32,366 bases of DNA from an uncultured archaeon. GTDB lineage: Archaea; Iainarchaeota; Iainarchaeia; Iainarchaeales; VGJJ01. The stretch covers positions 1 to 32,366 of the forward strand of contig CAYHGC010000002.1 of the NCBI GenBank assembly GCA_964356075.1. Direction: 5' to 3'. A program made the translations under genes and the position numbers. Of this stretch, positions 8,862-16,523 are shown in pieces (position 1 is the first letter of the stretch; the number at the start of each line of letters is the position of its first letter). The notes under the pieces are model-generated. The model had not been told where the DNA came from. It was given only the letters and a program-made list of their open reading frames with translations, and ran no database searches.

Positions 8862-8892
8862 GAGTCGCACTCGCTTCGCGCGAACCCTCTTT
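8862..8892 (+). repeat. Fourth, degenerate copy of the rps7 3' end (right boundary of the orphan-ORF segment)
   Basis: GAGTCGCACTCGCTTCGCGCGAACCCTCTTT aligns with GAATCGCGCTCGCTTCGCGATAACCTTTT (8202-8230). About 25 of 29 positions match, with two 1-nt gaps. It starts 3 nt after the orphan ORF stop. Confidence 0.7.
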
Positions 8893-9001
8893 CGATCGAA
8901 AAGGATGAGAACCTGCACTCGTCTGGATTCCGTTTAAAAACATTCTTCCGACCATTTTGCTCATAAACGGGGAACAAACACACATTCGAGGTTGATTTTA
9001 C

Positions 9002-11194
9002 ATGGGTCGAAAGGAAGACATGGCAAGTGCCGCACAGAAGCTGATGGGACAACAAGAAGACGTTCGAAACATCGGAATCGTTGCGCACATCGATCACGGT
9101 AAAACAACGCTCTCGGATAACCTCATTGCGGCCGCCGGACTCATCAACAAAGAACTCGCCGGAAAGCAACAGTTCATGGATTTTGAAGACCAGGAACAAG
9201 ATCGTGGAATTACGATTAACGCAGCCAACATTTCACTCGTCCCGACGATTTTAGGCAAACAATATTTGATCAACATGATTGACACCCCTGGACACGTCGA
9301 CTTTGGTGGAGAAGTTATCCGCGCCATGCGTGCGGTGGACGGAGTGGTATTGGTTGTGGATGCCGTTGAAGGTGTAATGCCTCAAACTGAAACGGTTATT
9401 CGCCAAGCCTTGCGCGAAAACGTTCGTCCTGTTTTATTCATCAACAAAGTGGATCGACTTATTAACGAATTACAGGTTGACGAATCCGAAATGCAAAAAC
9501 GATTTGTGAAAACAATCACACACGTCAATCAACTCATTCAGAAAAACGCCCCGGAAGGAAAAGATCAAACTTGGCAAGTGAACCCGGGTAATGGAACGGT
9601 TACATTTGGAAGCGCGTACAATCACTGGGCCGTTTCAACCACGTCCATGAAACGTACGGGAATCAATTTCAAACAAGTTTATGATTTAATGAAAGCAGAC
9701 AAGCAAAAAGAAATTGCCGAAAAGTCGCCGCTCGAAGACACCATGTTCGAAATGGTCGTGACGCATTTACCCAATCCGATTCAAGCACAAAAATACCGCT
9801 CTGCTGTGATTTGGTCGGGAGACAAAGAGTCCGAAGTCGGAATTTCCATGCTCGCGTGTGATCCCAAAGGACCGGTTGCCATGATGGTCACGGATGTGTC
9901 CGTTGATCCGCACGCCGGAGACATTGCCACGGGACGTGTGTATTCTGGAACGCTCCGCAAGGGAGTCAAAGTCAAATTAATTGGATTGCAGAAAGAAGCC
10001 ACGATTAACCGTGTGGGTGTTTACATGGGTCCGGAATTTGTAGAAGTCGAATCCATTCCGGCAGGATCTATTGGAGCCATTGTGGGATTACGCGAAGCGT
10101 TCGCCGGGCAGACGGTTTCCGAATTGGATATGCGCGAATTTGAATCATTCAAAACAAACGTTGAACCGGTTATCACGGTCTCGATTGAAGCCAAGCAGAC
10201 GAAAGATTTGCCTAAATTGATTGAAGTGATTCGCCAGTTAACCAAGGAAGATCCTAACTTGCGCGCGTCCATTAATCAAACCACGGGAGAACACTTGCTC
10301 TCTGGAATGGGAGAATTGCATTTGGAAATTAACCAATATCGTATTGAAAAAACCCACGGCGTGCCCATTACGGTTTCGCCGCCGATTGTGGTGTATCACG
10401 AAACCATCCAAATGGCCTCGCCGGAATTGGAAGGAAAGTCGCCGAACAAGCACAACAAATTGTTGATGATGGTCGAACCCATTGCGCCGGAAATTCAAGA
10501 AAAATTAATGGATGCGAAAGTGAAAGGAAAGGTCAAGCTCAAAGACAAAGAATGGATCGACAAGTTTCAACAAGCCGGAATTGGCATTGATGAATCCAAG
10601 AAAGTCTGGGCGATTGAAAACTATAATTTGCTCGTGGATGGAACGAAGGGAATTCAAGCCTTACACGAAATTCGCGAACTCGTTATTCAAGGATTCCAGG
10701 AAGCCATGCACGCAGGACCTTTAGCCAAAGAAGAAGTGCACGGAGTGAAAGTCACGTTATTGGATGCCAAGCTCCACGAGGATGCCATCCACCGCGGACC
10801 CTCGCAGATTATTCCCGTTATTTCGCGAACGATTTACGCCTGTATGCTTGCCGCGAAGGCCGTGTTGGAAGAGCCGAAGCAATTGCTTTCGATTACGACT
10901 CCGGAAGAATACATGGGAGCCGTCAGTAAAGAGTTGCAACAGCGACGCACGCAGATTACGGAAATCAAAAACGAAGGAGACGCGACCATCATTATTGGCC
11001 TCGCTCCCGTAAAGGAATTGATTGGATTTTCCCAAGCCATCCGCGGCGCGGCACAAGGACGTGTCATCTGGACGGCTGAATACCACGGATACGAGATACT
11101 CCCTCCTGAGTTGCAGAAGAAAACCGTTGAAGAAGTGCGGAAGCGAAAGGGAATGGATCCGGAAGTCAAGTACTATAGCTTCTTCTTAGAATAG
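9002..11194 (+). CDS. fusA: translation elongation factor 2 (aEF-2)
   Basis: 730 aa. G domain AHIDHGKTTLSD, DTPGHVDF, NKVDR. Diphthamide-loop HEDAIHRGPSQ. GAGGT lies 9 nt upstream. Confidence 0.98.
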   Translation: MGRKEDMASAAQKLMGQQEDVRNIGIVAHIDHGKTTLSDNLIAAAGLINKELAGKQQFMDFEDQEQDRGITINAANISLVPTILGKQYLINMIDTPGHVDFGGEVIRAMRAVDGVVLVVDAVEGVMPQTETVIRQALRENVRPVLFINKVDRLINELQVDESEMQKRFVKTITHVNQLIQKNAPEGKDQTWQVNPGNGTVTFGSAYNHWAVSTTSMKRTGINFKQVYDLMKADKQKEIAEKSPLEDTMFEMVVTHLPNPIQAQKYRSAVIWSGDKESEVGISMLACDPKGPVAMMVTDVSVDPHAGDIATGRVYSGTLRKGVKVKLIGLQKEATINRVGVYMGPEFVEVESIPAGSIGAIVGLREAFAGQTVSELDMREFESFKTNVEPVITVSIEAKQTKDLPKLIEVIRQLTKEDPNLRASINQTTGEHLLSGMGELHLEINQYRIEKTHGVPITVSPPIVVYHETIQMASPELEGKSPNKHNKLLMMVEPIAPEIQEKLMDAKVKGKVKLKDKEWIDKFQQAGIGIDESKKVWAIENYNLLVDGTKGIQALHEIRELVIQGFQEAMHAGPLAKEEVHGVKVTLLDAKLHEDAIHRGPSQIIPVISRTIYACMLAAKAVLEEPKQLLSITTPEEYMGAVSKELQQRRTQITEIKNEGDATIIIGLAPVKELIGFSQAIRGAAQGRVIWTAEYHGYEILPPELQKKTVEEVRKRKGMDPEVKYYSFFLE

Positions 11195-11222
11195 CCGTTT
11201 TCGTCCGTCTGCACCGAAGTTT

Positions 11223-11242
11223 GGGAGATCATTCGATCTCCC
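11223..11242 (+). terminator. Perfect 8-bp hairpin downstream of fusA
   Basis: GGGAGATC-ATTC-GATCTCCC lies 29 nt after the fusA stop. No adjacent T run, so terminator function is uncertain. Confidence 0.3.
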
Positions 11243-11287
11243 GGCCGAACTCTGCAGGCTTTTATTTCCCAACTCTTATGCATCGGC

Positions 11288-12158
11288 ATGGACATTCAAA
11301 CGGGAGTGTTATTCGCATTCGCCGCGATGATTTGCTGGGGTGTGGGAGATTTTCTTATTCAACGCACCGTGCGCAAAATAGGAATCGTGGAAGGACTGGC
11401 CGTCATTGGAATTGTTGGAACTGTTGGACTCCTCCCGTTTGTTTGGAATGATTTGCAAATTATTTTTCAGCCCGAAAACGCATCGTTGCTCCTTGGGCTT
11501 GGAGTTGTCACATTCATTGCGGCCATGTTTAATCTTTACGCCTACAAAATAGGCAAACTTTCCGTTGTCGAATTCGTTTTGGAAATCGAACTTCCTGTGA
11601 CGGTCATTTTGGGTATTGTTTTTTTTCCGCGAAATGCTTTCGATTGAACAACTGATCGTTGTCGGGATCGCGTTTGCGGGGATTGCACTCATTTCCCTCG
11701 AATCACTGTCGATTCGTAAGGAACACTTTCTGGAGAAAGGCGTTTTAGTCGCAGGAATGGCTGCACTGTTCATGGGAGTCTCTAGTTTTCTCACGGCTTC
11801 GGCCGCGCGAAGCATTTCTCCCCTGCTTTCCATTTGGGGGCCATGGACGGTATTCACCATTATCTCTCTTTTCTGGGTCTGTCATACTGGAAAACTACAC
11901 GTTTTTTTCAAAAATGTGAAAAAACACCAAAAATTAGTCCTTGCAACGGGAGTTATCGACACAGCGGCCTGGGTCTTTTTCGCCCTCGCAACGAGTACGC
12001 AACTGCTAGCGATCAGCATGGCCATTACGGAAAGCTATCCGGCCGTGGCTCTTCTTTTGGGGATTCATTTCAACCATGAGCAGATGAAAGGACATCAATT
12101 GATTGGCGGTGCGCTTGCCTTAGCTGCCAGTGTGGTATTAGGATTCTGGTTGGTTTAA
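11288..12158 (+). pseudogene. EamA/DMT-family transporter interrupted by a frameshift in a T8 run
   Basis: ORFs 11288-11647 and 11616-12158 together give a two-EamA-repeat, roughly 10-TM protein. The frames join inside one motif (ILGIVFF|REMLSIEQLIVVGIAFAGIALIS) at T8 (11619-11626). Removing one T restores a 290-aa ORF. TATA-like TTTTATTT (11260-11267) lies about 24 nt before the ATG. Confidence 0.8.
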
Positions 12159-12343
12159 TTTTTGGTTTCTTTTTCTTCCGATTTAATTTTTTTCAATAGC
12201 CCATTGTATCGCTCGTTCATTTGTTCCCATCCCTGCTTAACCCATTCTGTATCCGCACGATCTTGAGGGGTGTCTTTCCACGTCCCTCTCAGCGCGAGCA
12301 AACGTTTCACTTTTGCCTGAAAATTCTTTTTGTCCATATTCAT
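12155..12343 (-). CDS. small hypothetical protein (62 aa), Trp-motif, antitoxin-like by composition
   Basis: MNMDKKNFQAKVKRLLALRGTWKDTPQDRADTEWVKQGWEQ... It is divergent from the Bro-N/DinD-like gene. The motif RLLA-x15-EW.K..W[ED] is shared with the 65-aa ORF at 13304-13501. The alternative ATG at 12337 fits TATA spacing better. Confidence 0.5.
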   Translation of the reverse strand: MNMDKKNFQAKVKRLLALRGTWKDTPQDRADTEWVKQGWEQMNERYNGLLKKIKSEEKETKN

Positions 12344-12426
12344 TTAGTTGTTAAAACGTTTTAAGAAAAAAGGTGGGATACGATCGTTTGCCAACATAAC
12401 TCTTTGGCGGGATGGTATCTGTATCG

Positions 12427-12435
12427 TTAAATATA
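12427..12435 (+). promoter_or_regulatory. TATA box (TTAAATATA) for the Bro-N/DinD-like gene
   Basis: A consensus-like archaeal TATA centred about 40 nt upstream of ATG 12471. AAGGGGG lies between it and the ATG. Confidence 0.5.
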
Positions 12436-12470
12436 CCAAAAAGAGAGTAGTCCAAAAAGGGGGCTTTTGG

Positions 12471-13301
12471 ATGGACAAGGAAAACGCATTGGTTGTTTTT
12501 CAGGATAAGCAGATTCGTCGGGTTTGGCATAATGAAGAATGGTATTTTTCGGTAGTGGATGTGATAGGGGCGTTAAGCGATAGTCCGACTCCTAACCAAT
12601 ATTGGGGTAAAGTGAAGGACAGAGAATTTATCGAACTTCAGTTATCCCCAATTTGGGTACAACTGAAATTGCCCTCGTCCGATGGAAAATCTTACATGAC
12701 CGATTGTGCGAATACTAAAAATATGTTCCGTATAATCCAATCCATCCCTTCTCCCAAAGCGGAACCTTTCAAATTATGGTTGGCACAGCTCGGGCATGAA
12801 CGGATTGAGGAAATTCAAAATCCAGAATTGGCTCAAGACCGCGTTAAGCATTATTACGAACTCAAAGGATACCCCAAAGAATGGATCGATAAACGATTGC
12901 GGGGAATTGCCATCCGTCAGGATTTAACCGATGAATGGAAACAGCGCGATGTTTCCGAAGGGAAAGAGTTTGGTATTCTCACGGATGAAATTAGCAAAGC
13001 CACGTTTGGGAAAACCACGCGTGAATACAAGGAATTCAAACGTCTTCAGAATCCCAAACAAAATCTGCGCGATCATATGACGGATTGGGAACTGATTCTC
13101 ACGATGGTGGGAGAAAAAGCGACTACGGATATTACAACGGCGAAAGATTCGCGCGGATTGGAGGAATGCAAAGATTCTGCACAAGAAGGTGGAGAAATCG
13201 CGGGCAATACACGCAAAGCGCTTGAACAAAAAACAGGAAAAACGATTGTCTCAAAAACTAATTTTTTGCACTTGAAACCAAATTCAAAAAGGATTGAATA
13301 A
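12471..13301 (+). CDS. Bro-N domain / DNA-damage-inducible protein D (DinD)-like protein
   Basis: The N-terminus VVFQDKQIRRVWHNEEWYFSVVDVIGALSDS resembles a Bro-N domain. The C-terminal part (NLRDHMTDWELILTMVGEKATTDITTAKDSRG...GGEIAGNTRKALEQKTGK) resembles E. coli DinD (ILDHMGSTELAANLFRATQTEE...). ATG 12471 is preferred over the TTG at 12348 in the ORF track. Confidence 0.7.
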   Translation: MDKENALVVFQDKQIRRVWHNEEWYFSVVDVIGALSDSPTPNQYWGKVKDREFIELQLSPIWVQLKLPSSDGKSYMTDCANTKNMFRIIQSIPSPKAEPFKLWLAQLGHERIEEIQNPELAQDRVKHYYELKGYPKEWIDKRLRGIAIRQDLTDEWKQRDVSEGKEFGILTDEISKATFGKTTREYKEFKRLQNPKQNLRDHMTDWELILTMVGEKATTDITTAKDSRGLEECKDSAQEGGEIAGNTRKALEQKTGKTIVSKTNFLHLKPNSKRIE

Positions 13302-13303
13302 AA

Positions 13304-13501
13304 ATGAAACGGAAGAAATCCAAATCAGAAACTGAAGAAGAACGTGACTGGCGACTACTTGCGGAAGAATCTTTTTGCCATCTATATGAAAATGAGGACA
13401 AAGAGTGGGGTAAAGCATGGGATGAATTTGCTCAAAAAGAATTCAAGCTGAAATCTAAAACGAAAGATAGGAAACATAAAAAGAAGTTGAATATGGGCTA
13501 G
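13304..13501 (+). CDS. small hypothetical protein (65 aa), Trp-motif
   Basis: It starts 2 nt after the DinD-like stop, so it is operonic. EEERDWRLLAEESFCHLYENEDKEWGKAWDEF shares RLLA-x13-EW.K.W[ED] with the 62-aa ORF on the opposite strand. Confidence 0.5.
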   Translation: MKRKKSKSETEEERDWRLLAEESFCHLYENEDKEWGKAWDEFAQKEFKLKSKTKDRKHKKKLNMG

Positions 13502-13504
13502 TGT

Positions 13505-13543
13505 TTCCGCGTCGCGGGATGATTTGGACGCGGAACGTTTTTA
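13505..13543. terminator. Hairpin plus T run between convergent genes
   Basis: TTCCGCG (13505-13511) pairs with CGCGGAA (13529-13535). GTTTTT follows at 13537-13542. Confidence 0.35.
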
Positions 13544-13552
13544 CGGGTGAAA

Positions 13553-14095
13553 CTATTTTCTTCGTCGACTTTCGCGTCTAATGCGTTTGGAAATTGCGCG
13601 CATCTCTCGAGGAGTTTTTCCTCCCGTGCGTGTGGCGGGTCGATTGGGGCGTTCTCGATCTTCTCTATCGCGTTGTCTTCCTATTTTTTGGTGTGATCTT
13701 CGGCTTTTATCCACACGTCTCGCGGCCTTTCTATTTTCAGCTCTAAATGCTTCAATCTCCTCTGGGGAGGCGTATCCCTGAAGATAATAATCTGACCGAG
13801 GAGTTTCTACTCGTTCTCGGTCAAAAAATCCGCCGGGTCGACTTGAAACCCTCGGATGTTCTTTTCGGACCCTCTGTGATGTGTGTGCACGTTGTTGACC
13901 AACTTCAAACTCCGTTGGAACGTTGGGATGTAACCCTTTTCTTCCAAATAGAGCGCGGATTTCCTCTCTAATTTGTCGGGATCGCTTTCGCATTGCTCCC
14001 GCGGCTCGATTTTCGATGGCAAGCCGATGACCCATTCGATCATAGGCTTTTCCATTCCCTGCTGGTGACTGGCTGGCTGGTCTTCGTGTGCGCAT
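13553..14095 (-). CDS. hypothetical arginine-rich, very basic protein (orphan, 180 aa)
   Basis: 543-nt ORF. A TATA-like ATAAATA on the - strand (14117-14123) is centred 25 nt from ATG 14095, giving leaderless geometry. The R/K-rich tail ends ...RRESRRRK. I recognise no family. An alternative overlapping frame at 13807-14103 exists. Confidence 0.5.
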   Translation of the reverse strand: MRTRRPASQSPAGNGKAYDRMGHRLAIENRAAGAMRKRSRQIREEIRALFGRKGLHPNVPTEFEVGQQRAHTSQRVRKEHPRVSSRPGGFFDRERVETPRSDYYLQGYASPEEIEAFRAENRKAARRVDKSRRSHQKIGRQRDREDRERPNRPATRTGGKTPREMRAISKRIRRESRRRK

Positions 14096-14246
14096 TCCAG
14101 CAATATCGAAACTTAGTATTTATGCTTTGCCCAAATGAGCGAGAAAGGAGAGGCTTTCGTGTGTTCGCGCCCATCACCTATTTAAACGTTCCCCAGGGAC
14201 TTTTGCTTTATACCGCGCCGGAAAGGGTGGCGTTTTCCCTTTAGTG

Positions 14247-14295
14247 CGACCCTTAGATAAGGGTCGATCGAACGACGGGTTGTAAACAACCCGTC
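14247..14295 (+). promoter_or_regulatory. Twin perfect hairpins in the tuf 5' leader
   Basis: CGACCCTT-AGAT-AAGGGTCG (14247-14266, 8 bp) and GACGGGTTG-TAAA-CAACCCGTC (14274-14295, 9 bp). They lie 55-100 nt upstream of the tuf ATG. TATA-like CTTTATAC (14205-14212) is upstream of both. Confidence 0.45.
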
Positions 14296-14349
14296 AGTAC
14301 GAGTCGGTGCAGCAAAACACCCACAAGGAATGATTGGAGGAAAAACACT

Positions 14350-15618
14350 ATGGCCGAAAAGCCCCATATTAATTTGATTTTCATTGGTCACGTCGACCAC
14401 GGTAAGTCCACCTTAGTTGGACGCTTCCTGTACGACTCAGGAGCCTTAGCCGAAAACGACTACCGCAAAATTAAGGAAGAAGCCGAGTCCCGCGGAAAAG
14501 GATCGTTTGCCTTTGCGTACGTCATGGACAATTTGAAAGAAGAACGCGAACGCGGAGTAACCATCGACGTTTCCTACAAGAAATTTGCCGGAAAGAGCAA
14601 CAACTTCACTATTATTGATGCCCCCGGACACCGTGACTTTGTTAAGAACATGATCACCGGTACCTCGCAAGCCGATGCGGCCGTGTTGGTTATTTCCTGT
14701 AAAGACGGTCCCCAGATGCAGACCAAAGAACACGCCTTCCTTGCGAACGTGATGGGAATCAAACAATTAACCGTTGCCATCAACAAGATGGATGAAATGG
14801 AATACAAAGAAGAAGCCTACAACAAAGTCAAAGACGAAGCCACGAAGCTCGTCAAGATGGCTGGATTCAAGGATGAACAATTTACGGTCATCCCGGTTTC
14901 AGCATGGATGGGAGACAATGTCGCCAAGAAATCCGACAAGATGCCCTGGTATAAAGGACCCACCTTGCTCGAACGCTTGGATTCGTTGAAAGCCCCTTCA
15001 TTGCCCACCGACAAGCCCTTGCGCTTGCCCATTCAGGACGTCTACACCATCAAGGGTGTAGGAACCGTGCCTGTTGGACGCGTCGAAACGGGAATCATTA
15101 AGCCCAACGATAAAATTATCGTGATGCCCTCGAAGGCCACCGGTGATGTCAAATCATTGGAAGCCCACCACGAACAACTCACGCAAGCATTGCCCGGTGA
15201 CAACATCGGATTCAATGTGCGCGGACTGGAACGAAAAGATATCAACCGCGGAGACGTTATCGGACACCCCAATAACCCGCCCATGGTTGCCAAGGACTTC
15301 ACGGCCCAAATTGTCGTGCTAAACCATCCGACCGCAATCCCAGTTGGATACACGCCGGTCTTCCACATGCACACCTCGCAGATGAGCTGTACATTGGCAG
15401 AATTGCAGAAGCGATTGGATCCGAAGACGGGTCAGTCGGCCGAAGACAATCCTAAATTCTTGAAGACCGGAGACGCTGCGATTGTGAAAATCATTCCGCA
15501 GAAGCCGTTGGTTGTTGAGGAATTCAAATTGTTTCCGTCGTTGGGACGATTTGCTGTCCGAGATATGGGACAAACCGTTGCAGCTGGAGTGGTCTTGAAG
15601 GTCACTCCGCGCGACTAA
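14350..15618 (+). CDS. tuf: translation elongation factor 1-alpha (aEF-1A)
   Basis: 422 aa. [30 protein letters not shown] lies 9 nt upstream. Confidence 0.98.
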   Translation: MAEKPHINLIFIGHVDHGKSTLVGRFLYDSGALAENDYRKIKEEAESRGKGSFAFAYVMDNLKEERERGVTIDVSYKKFAGKSNNFTIIDAPGHRDFVKNMITGTSQADAAVLVISCKDGPQMQTKEHAFLANVMGIKQLTVAINKMDEMEYKEEAYNKVKDEATKLVKMAGFKDEQFTVIPVSAWMGDNVAKKSDKMPWYKGPTLLERLDSLKAPSLPTDKPLRLPIQDVYTIKGVGTVPVGRVETGIIKPNDKIIVMPSKATGDVKSLEAHHEQLTQALPGDNIGFNVRGLERKDINRGDVIGHPNNPPMVAKDFTAQIVVLNHPTAIPVGYTPVFHMHTSQMSCTLAELQKRLDPKTGQSAEDNPKFLKTGDAAIVKIIPQKPLVVEEFKLFPSLGRFAVRDMGQTVAAGVVLKVTPRD

Positions 15619-15657
15619 ATAATGGAAACGATGGATGGAATGGGAGATTGATACTGT

Positions 15658-15972
15658 ATGCAAAAAGCACGAATTAAACTCACGTCTCCGTCCTACGAAA
15701 CCATTACGGACATTTGCGGAAAAATCGTGGATGTGGCAGACCGAACGGGTGTCAAACATACCGGAATCATTCCGTTGCCCACCAAAAAATTACACATCCC
15801 GACGCGAAAGTCTCCCTGTGGAGGCGGAACCGAAACGTACGAGCATTGGGAAATGCGCGTCCACAAACGAATGATTGACATTCAAGCGGACGAACGAACA
15901 TTACGTCGAGTGATGCGTGTGGATATTCCCGAGAATGTGCACATCGAAATTGAACTCAAAGAAGGAAAATAA
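15658..15972 (+). CDS. rps10: 30S ribosomal protein S10 (uS10)
   Basis: 104 aa. MQKARIKLTS... and LPTKKLHIPTRKSPCGGGTETYEHWEMRVHKRMIDI are uS10. It follows tuf as in other archaea. Confidence 0.96.
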   Translation: MQKARIKLTSPSYETITDICGKIVDVADRTGVKHTGIIPLPTKKLHIPTRKSPCGGGTETYEHWEMRVHKRMIDIQADERTLRRVMRVDIPENVHIEIELKEGK

Positions 15973-15980
15973 ATTTTTCA

Positions 15981-15998
15981 AAAAAGTTTAATCAAAAA
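15981..15998 (+). repeat. 18-mer AAAAAGTTTAATCAAAAA, copy 2 (just after the rps10 stop)
   Basis: Identical to 8233-8250. It is preceded by a T5 run (15974-15978). Confidence 0.8.
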
Positions 15999-16031
15999 CT
16001 ATTTTCGTTATTTTCCAACTTCTCTTTTTTT

Positions 16032-16523
16032 TTATTTATTTTCCCATTCTTGCGCAGCGTCATTAATGATTCGTTCGATTCCACTCAAAAGGCGGAGCGC
16101 TTTTTCTTCCGGAATTTTATACGCATGTAATGTTTGGAGAATGATTCTTCGAGCGATGTCAATTTGTCCCTCACTGTGTGCCCTTTGGATGTTCAATTCG
16201 CGACTTGGTCCTGCGTTGACGAGAAATATTTGATGTCGCGTCCAACTGGCAATCTGATGTTGGACTCCGGTAGCAGATTCCGTTTCAAACGTTCGTGTTC
16301 GCTGCGAAGGCTTGCGGTTAGGTTCGAGTGCACGGGTAACCAGACGAAATGCCGCAGCAGTGGTGGTGTTCACATGTCTCGCCGCGCGCTCGATATTTTT
16401 TCTCGCGGTTAGAGGTGTTTCTCCTGGTTGCGTAATCGCGCGAAAGTTTCGGCTCCGCTCACCGCGCGTGCGGCGTTTGGCCGCGCGATATCCTCGATCC
16501 GTTGCGCGTTGTCCCCTGATCAT
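16032..16523 (-). CDS. hypothetical basic protein (orphan, 163 aa)
   Basis: 492-nt ORF. A - strand TATA-like ATTAAATA (16545-16552) is centred 25 nt from the ATG, giving leaderless geometry. The N-terminus is Arg-rich (MIRGQRATDRGYRAAKRRTRGERSR) and the C-terminus looks helical. I recognise no family. Confidence 0.5.
   Translation of the reverse strand: MIRGQRATDRGYRAAKRRTRGERSRNFRAITQPGETPLTARKNIERAARHVNTTTAAAFRLVTRALEPNRKPSQRTRTFETESATGVQHQIASWTRHQIFLVNAGPSRELNIQRAHSEGQIDIARRIILQTLHAYKIPEEKALRLLSGIERIINDAAQEWENK

Noticed and set aside
11616-12158. Second half of the EamA gene as an independent gene with a TTG start
   Set aside because: The TTG lies inside a transmembrane segment and motif of the first EamA repeat. 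The two ORFs are contiguous parts of one protein separated by a homopolymer shift.
12348-12470. 41-codon N-terminal extension of the Bro-N/DinD-like ORF starting at TTG 12348
   Set aside because: The extension runs through the divergent promoter region and across the TATA box (12427-12435). ATG 12471 is preceded by an AAGGGGG SD-like element.
13807-14103. 98-aa - strand ORF overlapping the 5' part of the 180-aa Arg-rich orphan
   Set aside because: TATA spacing (centre 14120) fits ATG 14095, not 14103, and the longer frame spans the whole region. I cannot exclude a frameshifted gene that uses both frames.
14221-14320. Possible tRNA or intron-containing tRNA upstream of tuf
   Set aside because: No GTTCRAATC-type T-loop and no acceptor/D/anticodon cloverleaf. 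The stems are 8-9 bp with tetraloops. No T-loop-like sequence was seen in any other intergenic region either.
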